A DNA stretch of 62,928 nucleotides, filler included, from Hyphochytrium catenoides (lineage: Eukaryota; Protista; Hyphochytriomycota), in assembly GCA_900088475.1 (NCBI GenBank). It is 6 parts of 6 records of this genome, joined end to end, with 100 filler letters (N's around TTAATTAATTAA, not from the genome) between each part and the next. Parts side by side here need not be neighbours in the genome. Positions count along the whole stretch, not along the records: positions 1 to 25,656 come from FLMG01003336.1; 5 more parts are not named here. The stretch is one strand, 5' to 3'. The notes under the pieces are model-generated. The model ran no database searches. It worked only from the letters and a program-made list of their open reading frames with translations, and had not been told where the DNA came from. Positions 12,792 to 25,656 of this stretch are shown piece after piece (within the stretch, counting starts at the first letter, position 1; every line of letters begins with the position of its first letter). A program made the translations under genes and the position numbers.

Positions 12792-14316
12792 TCTCTTCTT
12801 TATTTTCCCCTCCTATCCCGTGTTGTCTCGCTGCCCACTTTCTCTCTTCCGCCATTTTTCCTGATCTCTTTCTATACTCTGGTCCGTGATTCTTCCTTCG
12901 CGGGGTCCCTTCGCGTCTCTTTCTCACATTCTGCTGACGCGTAGGCATCTCATTCCTGAAGTGAAGATATTCAAGGAGTATCAGGACAGCTTCTTCATCA
13001 AACACTTTGGCGTTACGGATGACGACACGTAAGGAGCGCGACCGAGAGAGAGCAATTAGAAGAGAATCCCCATTCTCTCCCTATATTTTCTTCCTCACTC
13101 TTTCTCTCTTTCTGTTGCTAATCTTCCTTCTTTTTCTCTCTGGTCGATCCTCCTCAGACGCATTCCTCCATTAGCAGTGGACTCTTGGATGATCTTCTCG
13201 TTGCGCCTGAACGCTTCGGCTTCTTCCCTCTTGGTGGATCTCCAGAAGTGGACAACGGGAAGCTACAGCGGAGGAGACCCACTGCTGATTGTGCGGAGAG
13301 ACAGAATCCCATCTCTCTCCTCGTTTGCCTCTAGCCCGAGACAGGTCAGGGACGAGAAGCTAGGCTACTCAGAGACTTCAACACCTTTCTATCCTCGTGG
13401 GCTCAGGGTTCTTAGAGGCTAAACAGCATCCTCGTGTCCATTGCCTTTCAATCTGTGTAGGCTGTAGATGGTAAGGGATGGGCTCTGGGTGCAGGAGAGC
13501 AGCGTCTGGTTCTGAGCAAGGGGTCAGGAGGACTGACGGCTGGAACCTACTGTGAGTCCCCTGCGCCTACAACCTTAGCTCTCGCTCTCCCTCTTTTTCG
13601 GCCCCACTCTTCTCTTCGCTTCTCTTCTCTTCCCTTTGTACCTGTCTGTCGGCTTCTTCCATGTCTTCTCCACCTTTCCAGAACTGTGCTCCCTGTCCTT
13701 CTCCCTTCCTATTTCTTCACTCTTGCCTTTTCTCTCTCACAACCATCTTCTTTCACTCTCTCTGTTCTCTCTCTCTCCCTCTCTGCCATAGATATCGGGG
13801 TGGTGAACAGCCGGTATGCCTTGGACCCCCTGGTGTTCGATCTCGCGGTGCATGTCGGGTACAACGAGAGTTGCCCTGCTGCCCTGATTGCGCAGTGTCG
13901 CAGAGGAAACACTTCTTCTCCCTCTCCTTCTGCATGCTCTCCATCCTCTAGTAACCTCTGCACCTGTCCCGACGGGTTCACAGGGTCACTGTGCGACGTC
14001 GCCTTTGAGCGCCGGGCTCCTCTCTCTCTCAACGACACAACCGGTACACGGCCGCTATCTTTAGCGACACTCTCTCTCATTTCTGTCTCTCGCTCTGCCA
14101 TTTCTCTCTGTGTCTTTTACTCTCATTATCTTATAGATACTGGTCTGTTCCACAGTTCCCTTGGGAACCAGGATTTAGCTGCTTGATGTCTCTTCCTCTT
14201 TGCCTCGCCTTCGCTCTTGTCTCTTCTCATCTCTTCCCCTCTGTCGTCGCGTTGACGGCAGCGGGCGCTTCTCATCTCTCTTCTACCTCTTTCTCCTCCT
14301 ATATGACGCAAGACTA

Positions 14317-14370
<54 letters not shown>

Positions 14371-17300
14371 TTCTCCTCTCTCTCTCTCTCCCCACACACA
14401 CCTTGTTCTGTAGGTGCTGTCCTAGACACTGTCTATGGCACTGTCTTGCCCGGACAAACCGCCTCTTTTTCCTTTGAAGCCGCGGCCAACAAGAAGAACC
14501 TCCGCTTTCTTAAATTTAAAGCAACCTTCTCTGCACCGTCTCCGTCTTCCCGCTCCTCTTCATTCTCTTCTCTCTCTTCCTCGAGACCGATCCTCCTGCT
14601 CCGGACGCCGGCTCAGCCAGGCTTTCCTTCCTTCGACACTTCATCTCTCTTTGACTACTCGGCTGTGAATGGAGAGAGAGACGTCCAGGAGGTGATTGTC
14701 CCGGATGTCTCGGCCTGCTCGGGGATAGATTGCTACAAACTCTCACGTAAGTGCGGCCGAGAAGCCGAGTGGACCATACTGTTCAGGCCTCTTTCGATCT
14801 GTCTCTCTCTCTCTCTCGGTCCTATTCCGATCCTTATCCCTGTTTGTCTAGCTGACTTCCAATATCTTTTGCTTTCTCTTCCTCTTCTTTTACCTTGCCT
14901 CACTCTTTCTGGTTCTCCCTCCCTTCCCTCTTTTGTCACTCTTGCCTACTCGCTCTACTTTCCCTCAGTTAAGTCGCTGTCCCCGGCGTACTTTGCTCCT
15001 ACTTCTGGCCCGTAACACCCTTTGCTGACATGTCTCGTCCCTGTCTTCCTCTGGATTGAAGCTCTCTCTATGTTGCTTATGCCTTTAGGCTCTAAGATAA
15101 CGCTAACAGAAGTCTTCACATCTCGCTTGCCGACTCGCTGCCTCTCTCTCTCTCGATTTCTCTCTCTATACTTCTCTCTCTCTCTCTTCTCCAGTCCTCA
15201 ACCGACCGTCGGCTTCCCAAGCTTTCAACTTCTCTCTTGAGGTCTGGGGCGGCAGGGTCCTGGCCGATATCAGCGATTTCTCCACCTGCGATGGGGAGGG
15301 AGAGGAAAGTCTCTGTAAGGGTCGTGGCGCCTGCAAAGACAGTCGAACCGGTCCCCAGTGCCTCTGCTACCCTGGGTGGTAGGAGCCAAGACCTCATCCT
15401 AGTCCTTTTCTCTGTGGCTGATCCGCTTCGACTCAGTGGATCTCTCTTCGAGCCTCTCTCTCTCCTCTTAGCTCTGCCTCTCTCAGTCTGTGCTCTTTAT
15501 TCTTTTGAGTCTCTCTCTCTTTAGCAATAACCGCTCAAACGGAGCGGCGTTGTAGAGTTTGTCCTTAGCCCAAGTTTCTTGCGTTTATCACTCTTTCTTA
15601 CTGCCGTTATCCCTTACTCTTCTGTCTCTCTCCTGCACCCAGGCAAGGCTACACCTGCAACACGCCTATCTTTGGAGACCTGCAGCGTCTGCTGCACGCC
15701 ACTAGTAATATCTCCTACATCTGCCCTTCCTGCTCAAAGGAGGAAATCTTTGCTCCCGGAGACTTCAAGTACGGCATTCTTTCTCTCTCTCTGTCCCTCT
15801 GTCTCTCTCTCTTGCTCTACTCCTTCTTGCTTCTCTCCTTCTCTCTCCTTTCTCCTTCGTTTGCCTTACGATCATTTCTGCTCCCTTTACTAGGCTTTAC
15901 CGCGTGCCAGTGCCCATCCAGGTGGGCGCAGGGCTGCGGGTGCTGGTGAGCGGTGGGAGCGGGGTGGATCCCTCTCTCTGGGTCTCAGAAACGCTTCCAC
16001 GGAGCTACCTGGACTTCCTACATATTAGACAGACCGCTGAGGAGGTCGAGGAGCTGGTGCGGCGGTGTCTCTCTCTCACTTTCTCCGTGCGCCTCTAGTC
16101 CGATGATATCCATGATTTCTAGTCCTCCTCTGCGTGAATAGTTTCCCTTCCCGTCACCGTGTCAGAGGATATCTCTCTCTCTCTCTCCCACTCTTTCCCT
16201 CCTATGCACGCTTCTCTTCCTCTTCACTTTGTCTCTCCTCTCTCAAGCGCAAATGCTCTCTCTCATGCTCCTCTTCTCTTCTTCACGCGCACACTCTCCT
16301 GCCCTTCCGCACACGCACTAACTCCAAACACCCTAGGTCCTTTCTAAGTCCTGGACAGGACGTTTCTATCTGGGCATAAGTAGCACACAGAACCTCAACG
16401 TCACCACGTTGCCAGATGGCACTGTTGGCGACAGAAGGCTCCTAAGAGCAGACAGAGACGAGCAGGAGCAGCAGGAAACAGTGGCAGGAGAGAGTGTTTC
16501 AAGTGGCGGAGAGACAGAGAGGAGAGGATTAGCTGCCACGGGGACAACGGTGCTTACCATCTCCGTGCAGACAGTGCAGCTTGGCGCCTCGCTCGGCGGG
16601 GATCTCACTGATAGGAACTTAGTCGCAGAGTCCGGACAGTGGTTCATCTCTAGGTAATAGGCATGAGAACAAGGGAGAGGGGGGGAGAGAAGGTGGATGT
16701 CGCGGAGCAAAGAGAAGCTTGAGGACAGTCGCCAAATAGAGTGGAAATGGAAGCTGGAGAGACACAGACATACACAGGGAGGAGTATCCACACGGAGGAG
16801 AGGAAGAGGGTGAGCCAGAAACGAAGAGAGAGAGAGAGCTCCAATTAGAGAGAAGACACAGACACGAGAAGAGGGATACCGGGGACCAGAAAGAGTAGCT
16901 CCAAGAATGTTAGCCATCCGTGAGAGGAACACAGAGACCCTCGAAAGAGTTTGAGGAGAGGGTGGGGCCTTGGAATGGCTATCAAAGATGTAGAGAGAAA
17001 GAGAGAGTGGAGAGAGAAGTGGAAGAATTATAGATGTAAAGCTTTGACCGGTCTCTTCCCTCTCGTTTACTTTTTACTGTTTATTGTGGCCACAGCCCGG
17101 AAGGGCTCACGTTTCTTAGCGTTGGCTCGGCCCTGTTCCTAGGCCTCTTCATAGGAGTGGTTGTCCTGATTTACAGGTCAGACTGCCGTAGATCCTGAGC
17201 GGGGCGAGAGAACAAGAGACAAACAGGCGTCTCAGCGGCGGAGGAAGACAGAATGGGGAAAGACAGTGCAATATTGACTGTCTACCGACAGAGAGAGGGA

Positions 17301-18406
17301 GAGAGGGAGACAAAGAGACATAGATAGCGACAGGCACAGATACACTGGGAACAAGAGAGAGACGCGGAAATAAGAGACAGAGAGAAAGGGAGAAAAGCAC
17401 GGGAGTTGGAACGATGCTTGGAACTGGTATGAGGAGATTCTGACAGCCTAACAGGAACCCCGATAACCGTGACAAGTTGTTGAAGGAGCACATCCGGCTC
17501 CCTCATCAAGAGAAACGAATGCAGGAGAAAGGTAAGAGCCTGAGTCTATCTTTCTCTCGCTAAAGAAAGGCTCTTTCGAGTCTCTCCAGCTTTGGTTTAG
17601 TGCCTCACCTTTGCCGCGCGGTCTCCGGTCTCACCCTGTCTTGCCTTCCTAGATGGTCATGCTGAGGAGCTTAAGGAGACGTTGCCGGTGCAGCTTACGA
17701 TGCTAGACAGAGAGAAGAAACGCAGAGCTGACATTATTGCGCAAAAGGTGTCTCTCTCTCTCTCTCTCCCCCAATGGCGTCCACTTGCCTCTCTTGAGGT
17801 TTGAGGCTTGAATTCTATGGTTTGACCTCATTCTCGTTCTGTCTCTCATGCCATCCGTCTCTCCTTCTCTCTCTCATCCTCCTACAACTCTGGCTTATCT
17901 CTTTCTCATGCCATACGGGGCTGCTTTCTTCCTCACTTGTCTTCCCCACCTGACATTCTTTCCTCCTTCTTCGCAGCCATTAGCTGAGGGTCAGAAGCGA
18001 CGCGAGGTGGTGATCGCAGCTCCCACAGGAGAGAGTATAGGGAAAGGAGGAGACGGTGACTCAGTTTCAGAGCGAACGGACCATCGGAGAAAGGTTATCG
18101 CCATTAACATCAAGAGATCAGGTCAGAAGGAGCCCCTATCACCTTCAAGAGAGAACCGGGGGGCAAAGAAGGAGACAGAAGAGGAACGAGAGCGAGAGAT
18201 GACAGTAGGAGAGAAAGGAGGGAAGAGGTCTTACGTCCCACCCCATATGTCTCTTTCCCTCTCCTTACTCGCTAGTGCTCTTAACAATCCTGTCCCTCTC
18301 TTGAGCAGACGAGCAGGGCTTGTTCCCTCAGCTACCGAACAGCCCGACTGACCATACCGAGGACCAGCCGCCGTTCAAATCCGCCTATGCTGCCAGAAGG
18401 CGGTAG
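5734..18406 (+). CDS. leishmanolysin/GP63-like M8 metalloprotease with EGF-like and PPC-like repeats, TM helix and cytoplasmic tail (about 30 exons)
   Basis: Signal peptide MRRCGVALVLCSALSGALAG; propeptide HSCQHD; zinc motif AIHEMTHGLG (7427-7441); SHWEKRIFMNEYMT with the third His and Met-turn; TFALFEDMGWY. Then many CSGRGTC/CxCxxGYxGxxC EGF repeats, GDPDLYVS-type domains, TM segment FLSVGSALFLGLFIGVVVLIY (17096-17176), and stop after AYAARRR at 18406. The 3' exons are less certain. Confidence 0.85.
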
Positions 18407-18711
18407 CAAGGTCCAGCCAGGGCAAGCGTCATGGCACTCACTGGGCGAGAAGAGAGCCCAGACAGACTGGGAGAGAGTGCATAGAGAGTAGCACACACGC
18501 AGCCAAAAGAGAGAGAGAGAGACAAGAGAAGAAGGAAAGGAAGATGGCGACTACAAAGGGGAAGAATAGCTACAGAAGACAGCTTACGGTACATTTCTCT
18601 CAGTAATTTGTTTAAACATTAACATTGACATGAAGAGAGCCACAAGGCAGAGGAGGAGACTTCGTCTTCTTTCCCAAGGATTGCTTCTCTCTCTTCCGCT
18701 GTTGCCTCTCC

Positions 18712-19271
18712 CTATTCCTGAGATAATATCTCGTTCAGCGTGCCAAAGTTATGAGAGTTCTCCTTTCTCGTCGCCTGCTTGGGGTCTTTTTCTTCCTCTT
18801 CGTCCTCCTTAAAAGTCAACAAGCAAAGAAGAGCGGAACAAGGATGAAAGAATGAGTTCAGAAAACGGAGAGACTGATATGTCAGCAAGAGAGAGAGAGA
18901 GGATGAAATAACTCGTTCTACCTTCCATTCCGGCACTCCCCAGTCACAGTCTGTCTCGATGCCGAGGTTATTCTGGTGCATACGGATCCGGAACCACCCA
19001 TTCTCACCCCAGTACTACGAGAGGCAGAGTCATAGGCAAAGGGGACAATCCAGGACACCAAAGACGCGGGACAGACGTCGGGAGAGGAGAAAGAACGGTC
19101 AGTTAGGCGGCATTTGTGATCAAACTTATGCAGAAAGGAGAGAGTGAGTAAGATGGAATATTTGACTTACTGTGCCCCAGCTGTTCCTTCCAATCCCTAT
19201 GGAAAAAGAGATAGATGCAAGGTTAGTCAAAATGCTGTCGACGATAAGCGGACAGCAAGAGACAGAAAGAG

Positions 19272-19305
<34 letters not shown>

Positions 19306-22300
19306 AGAGTGTGTACTCACAATACTCAACACCCCGTTCGTCAACTCCCCAGCCTGCGATAGAAACCTCATGATTGATCAGTGGCCAGAAGCTCTGTTCT
19401 TCATAAATGCCGCCCTGGTACTTCTCGAAGTCCGAGGTGACGTGCATGCCACAGCCAATAGGACCGCGGGCATAGATCTCAGCCTTCATTGCATTGGCTC
19501 CACTGACAGACCCGTACTCCGAGACAAAGTATTTCCGATACTTAGGGACAGACGCGCATACACCTAGAGTCAAGAAGGGTCGCGGAGAGAGTTATGGCCT
19601 GCTGCCCAAGGTCCAGGACTCGATTGCTTACCAGGCGTGAAAGAGGAGTTTGATGGCGTGCAGCTCTCACACACACCGAGTTCGCCGCATACCCCATCTG
19701 TGGCAGTATCTGTACCAAGGCAAAGACGAAAGCACAGCAGGCAGAAGTGTCCCCATTAGACCGCTGAAGAAGATAAAGGACACAAGATGTTGGAAGCGCC
19801 CAATGGTGAGAGACCAATGCAAAGAGAAGGAGGAGGAGTTATGCTTCAAAGATGGAGGAGAAACATGTCGCCTTCTGCTGTCTCTTACAAGCTTGGCAAG
19901 TAACATCTGGGATGCCGTTCTCATGGATATACTCGTACGCAGCGCCAGGATTGCCTCCCTCACAGGAACCGCCTCCATTGCAGTTTATCAAAACCTGCCA
20001 GGTCATAGAAGAAGGAATAACTACGTCGACCGATATGACCATTGGGTACATAGATAACGATACATATGGCTCAAGACAGTCATAGCTCCGCAAATCATAC
20101 GGAAAAGCGATCGAGGTTCATATAATGAAGAAAAGGGATTATAGGCAATCCGGATCCGAGTTCTGGCTTCCTACCTGAGGTGAGAGAAGAATCTCTGGCC
20201 ATTTCCCCTTTCTCTTGATGGCAATACGGTCCGACAGAGCAGAAGTCGTTCCTTGGGCCCAGCAGCTGCCGCAATACTGAGGATCAAGCACTTAGTTGGA
20301 GCAACGAGCGAAAGACTAGGCTAGGCGTAGAGCATGGATCTCGCACGAGTGCAAAGCGGAAAGTCGCGAAGGAAGATTGGGAAAAAAGAGCTTTGACACA
20401 AAGCGAACCGCAGGGTTGGGCAAAGAGAGTGTGAGGAGGACGCTAACAGAGAGGGGAGAGATAGAAAGAGGAAGGGAGAGAGTGAGAGAGAAACCTGGGG
20501 TATATGCTGGTTCCGCTCGATGGTAGTATATCTAACGCCTTCCACATTCCTCCAATCCCAGGCTTTAGGCAGATCACGCGCGGCAAGATAGTGATGGGGG
20601 CGAGGGCTCAGGATCCTCTCCCCGCGTGGAAAGACGGTCTTAGGCACACGACAGCCCTGAGCGTTATCCCGTCTAAGGTTCTCAGCAGTAGAAGCGGAAA
20701 GAAGAGCAAGAAACGAGGGCGGGCTAGAGAGAGCAGCCAAGAACGAAGGCGGGGACCGAAGGAGAGAGGCTTCCCGAATGTGCACGTGTTGCGGCTGTCC
20801 GTTATCCTTTGGCACACCCCAAGAGCAGTCGGCTTCAATGGCAAGATTGTTGCTTCCGCGAACTATACGGAACCATCCTTCCTCCCCCCAGTACTAAAAG
20901 AGGAAGAATATGAGAATAGGCCAGAGGCAGGAGCCGTTAGGGTAAGAAGAGCAACCATGAGAAGGATAAGTGCTGTGAGTCAGAAGGAGCTGGGAGGCAG
21001 CGTACGATGACAAGGATAGTCCGGTGAAGCGGGCAAGGAAAGATTTCTCTACGGACGACTAGGCTAGAGGAGGGAATATATGACAGGAGAGACAGCAGTA
21101 TGGCCAGAAAAGGAGAGAAGGCTCTAAGGTATTAGACGTCCTATTACCGTTCCCCAAGAGTTCCTAACGATCCAGTACTTCACTCCGTTCTCCTCGCCCC
21201 AACCTGCAACAGAGATGGCATGCCCAATATCCTTCGCTCCGGTCTTGTCCTCAAAGATGCCCCCACTGTACTTCTCTAATAGTGTGAGAAAGAGAAAGAC
21301 GAGAGGGAGAGGGGAGGTAGCCGGCACCGTACGACGCACGGCGAATGAGTCGAGGAAGGTCTTGCTGGTCGTTGCAAGCTATGGAGAACCTACCAAACTC
21401 TTCAGTGACGGCCACGCCACAGACGATGGGTCCTCGGTGGTAAATCTCCGCCATCATTCTCTCAGTGCCATTTACTTGGCCAAACTCATCAACGAACCTA
21501 AAGAATGGGGAAGACAAGTAAAAGGGTACGAACGGCCAGACAGTGTGTGAGCCCAATGCTGTGGCTTTGGCGCTATCTCAGTATAAAGCATCTCTCTTAC
21601 GTACCACAGGTCGTACTGCTCTTGCTCGTAGCAGCCACGGTCTGGATCACAATTCCTTTAAGGAAGGAAGAGCCAGGAGTAACAAAGGATGGTGTGAGAG
21701 GATAAGGCTTGAGTAGGCTAACAAGGGTTTCCATAGGCAACAAGGCAGGTGACCGAGTTAGAGGGAAGGGGAGAAGTGGTGAGGCGGCTACTGTTCCCCG
21801 CGAGAAAAATGAATAGCAGAAGCTCAATGAAGCGTGGCAATTCTTTGCTCCTAAGTCTGACCTGCATCTGTCGATTTGACGGCATTGCTCTCCCGTGTCC
21901 CTTCCAGTGGCGGTATAAAGCGCACAAGACTCATCTGGAATCCTAGAACGGTTCTCAGTTAGGCATGTCACAATACCGATATGAGTCTTACACGATCAAG
22001 AGGTACCGACAGTAGAGGAAAGCAGCTACACAGGGACAGGCAAAGAGAGAAGGGCAACAGACGGAAGGGCCTTACCCGTGGTCATGAATGTACTTGAAAG
22101 CCGTAATCGGGTCCCCACCGTGGCAGCCATTGTCAGCAGTGTCGCAGTCCAAGACCACTGGGAGAGCAAGAGAGAGTGTCATGACAAGCTTGAAGAAACA
22201 CACAGAGGTGACGTAGCGGATACAGCCACAGATGGACCACACTCCGGTCTGCCGCGCGAGAACGAGGACAGGAGGAGAGACAAAAGAGAGAGAGAGACAC

Positions 22301-22796
22301 ATAGAGCGGAAGGGAACGAAAGAGCTCGAAATGTATTATGAGAGCCGGTGGCGAGAGCATCTGTTTACCCTGAGGTGCCAAGACAACCTCGGCGTTTGCA
22401 GGCTGTCCGTTGGCGCCGTTCTTCGCTCGAAGATAGCGAATCCTGTCGTTTAGCGAGGAAGTGGCAGCTGCAAGACGAAATGCATACGTTAAGAGGATGG
22501 GCCAGCCTTCAACTATTCACACAGGTAGCCAGCAGCTTACCAAAGCTCCAGCAGGCGCCACAATAATGAGGAATATGCTGGTTTCTGTTAATGCTGGCGT
22601 AGTTGGTCCCATTGATGTCGCGCCAGTCAAAGGAAGACGGTAGTGTCTCGACGTTGGTGTAAGTGTGCGGTAAAGGAGTCTTGATCACTTCTGTGCGCTG
22701 TGCGCTACGCTGGAAACAGGAATGCGCGCCCTGTGCCTCTGCCGGTATTAACAGGACACCAACGACGGAGACGACCGCTGTCCGGAGGGAGCCCAT
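18712..22796 (-). CDS. cathepsin Z/X-like C1A cysteine protease with two tandem catalytic domains
   Basis: Signal peptide [21 protein letters not shown]. Domain 1: LPSSFDWR...[15 protein letters not shown]...[10 protein letters not shown]...RNSWGT. Domain 2: LPKAWDWR...[15 protein letters not shown]...[10 protein letters not shown]...RNSWGT...[14 protein letters not shown]. The NQHIP insertion is diagnostic of cathepsin Z. Confidence 0.92.
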
Positions 22797-25656
22797 ACTT
22801 CGTACGAGACTCTGAGACCCAGCTCGCCCTTGAACAATCTGGCAGTAGAACGGGCAGCGTCTTTCCTTTGCAGCAAGCAAAGGAAGAATGTAAGTCAGGA
22901 AGAGTCTCAAGTGCTCTGCTGCTGCTGAAGAAGTGAAGCCTTGAGCCTGGCAGCGGGCGATGCGGAGGCGGCGGAGGCGGTTGAAGTTGCTCCTCATTCA
23001 GAGAAAGGGAAGAAAAAGGAACAAAATGTGTGAGCCCTCTCCCACACTGAAGGTGCCTTATACAGAATTACGAATAAGGTATGACAAACACCTCTGTATA
23101 CCGGATATATAACTTCCTGTCAGGAATGTGAGTTAAAAATTATCTCCGATCATTCTGAAGCTGCGCAGCTTGCTTTCACATGCTGAAGGTTGGGGACGCA
23201 GTTCTACAAGTAGAAGAGCAGAAGCGGGCAGGCCAAAGAAGTTCAAGATGAAGATTGTTGGCTTGATGTCAGGAAGAGCTCCGCCAGTAGGAACTACAAT
23301 GGCCTCCTGGTGCCTGAGACGATCGTCAAGGGAGTAGCTTGGGCTGAAGAAAGGGAGAAGAGCCGGTTGCCAAGGCCGGGAGTGCAGCCTGGGTCTTCAA
23401 GCCTTTAAAGCATGCAAACAAGTGACAGCTCTTTGGTAGATTTGACAAATGTCGGCGGAGCCAGGGCCAACAACGGCCTGAGCAAGCTAAAGCCGACACT
23501 TCTGGTCGATGACTTCGCTACAGTTCTGCCTTGCATAGTAGCGGATGCGGAGAAGATTACTTCGGTTGGAACCATGAACAATTGACATGGGTTGAAAGAG
23601 CAATGCTCGGACGTAACGTTTAGTTGTGGGGAAAAGACATGGTAGAGAAAGCCGTCGCTGGCAATCATAGAAACAGACGATCTCTGAGCCTTCTTCGGTG
23701 CGCTTCACTATGTCGAGTTCTTGACCTAGACGCTTGTGATGGACTTCCCGGTCATTCTCTTCTTACTAGCAGTTACTCCCATCGCGTGGCTTCTTAGATA
23801 TGAGCAAGGGCTGCAGTTAGTCCTAGGGCGATGATACTTCGTCATCTACCGAGGCTAAATAAGAGCCCACAAATGGAGATCCTTGATCGTCCCTCCTGAA
23901 GAGAGAACAGGACCAAGTAGGGAGGCATGGACTAGCCAAGAAGAGGGACGGAACGCCAAAGTCTTGGCGCTGGCAGAACTTTGGAGGCACCTCCTCCTCC
24001 CGCATAGTGATTCTAGCTGACATGATTCAAGCCCGACAATCGACTCTGGCTAGCAGGTGACCCCGACGAGCTGAACAAACCAAGAAGCGAGCTGCCATCA
24101 ACGAACAATTGGTTTCCTGCGACGGGCAATCTTCCTTTAAGATATCCATATCCGCCACGAAAAAGAGGCAAAAAAGACTCTAAAGAAAGCTTGTACAATA
24201 GTCATAGTCCAGTACGGCTGATCGAGGTTCCAAGCACCACTGCTGCACTTCAGTGGAACCGCTTTGGCTCTGAAGGTCCTCCAGCTATTCCCTGCCATCA
24301 CATGCGCCTGAAGGTTCATTGCCTAGAAACACTGGCAACACGGGCACGGTTGCAATGTATAACAAAAAGCGAACTCCCGAATCCCTCTTCTTTTCTCCGT
24401 GCAATGTCCATGAGAATGTCAGCAACACCAGCAATCAACAAAAGAGTATCCGTACTACCTCTGAGCTAGTACTTGAGAAAGGGCGCAGTCATTGGATGGA
24501 GAGGCCAGGCCAACGCTAACAACTGACTTTATTATGATACACCGGTAGAGTTTTTGATAAAAGATTCGATGTCAATCGGCCTGTAAAGGCAAGAGAATTG
24601 CCTTCTGTACGTATACGCTGAAGAGGTGTCTAGAAACTGCTCTTCTAAGCACCATCTCTTTCAAAAAGACTGCCCCTAGCAGGTTCAGGACTCGAGTATA
24701 TGAGGAGTGCGCTTGCTCTTAGGGTAGATGGAGTACGGAGACACGTCCCATCATAAAACTTCTTGCGCAAGAACGGCTGATACAGCGGGCACGTGGCTTT
24801 CTTCCAGGTGCTATATGATGGGTAGTATTGAAAGCGGGAAGACGTTTCCCATCACTAAGTCTCCTGTTCTTGATCTGGCCGGCGAGGGGTAGGAGGTAAG
24901 CGAGGCTGTGGAGTGGCCGAGTCTTGAGCCCCATGAAGTAACGTCGGGTTCAGTCGCAGTTGGCCTGCCCGACAGAACCACCTTCTCCGTTGTTCACACT
25001 ATTTCTGCGGTTCATTTTCCGATCGTCTTCTTGTTCTACGCTTATTTATGTCTAATGTCTAACATAATATAGGCCAGCTTCGGCGCAGAGTGAAGATGGG
25101 GATCACATTATTAGGCACACCTCCTATTGCTTGCTCAGGGACACAGGCATATTGTTAATATAACCATCGCTCTAATTCTGCACGGCCTTAGGGCAAAACT
25201 ACACTTGGTCAAAGAGATAGGCTTCTTGAAGCTACTTCTGCGTATCGCTTTCACTTCTGCACGGTCGTAGTGGCTGCGTGGAGGGACATGAGATAGGAGT
25301 TGGGTGATGGTGGGGATGCTGGTGACAGCAGCAGCAATCACTGGTACAAGTACAATACTGCTGTCGAGAGTGTATCTACACTTGCACTTCGTGGCACCAG
25401 GAAAGAGAGAAATTTGCTGGGGAAGAAACGAATAGGGTCCTTCTATGCTATGGATGACTGCGGACGTCGTAGTATCACTAACAAGGGGCTGGCTATGTTG
25501 AAGGATAACGAGCTTGAAGAACTGCACACCTCAGCCTTGCGGCTGGACTAAGAGGCTGATTGCTGTCTATACAAAGATTTCTTTGCGACACTCGTCTAGT
25601 ATCCTAGGCGTATGGCCGATCACTCCCGCAGATATCAGATGAGTGCATCAGCCATC

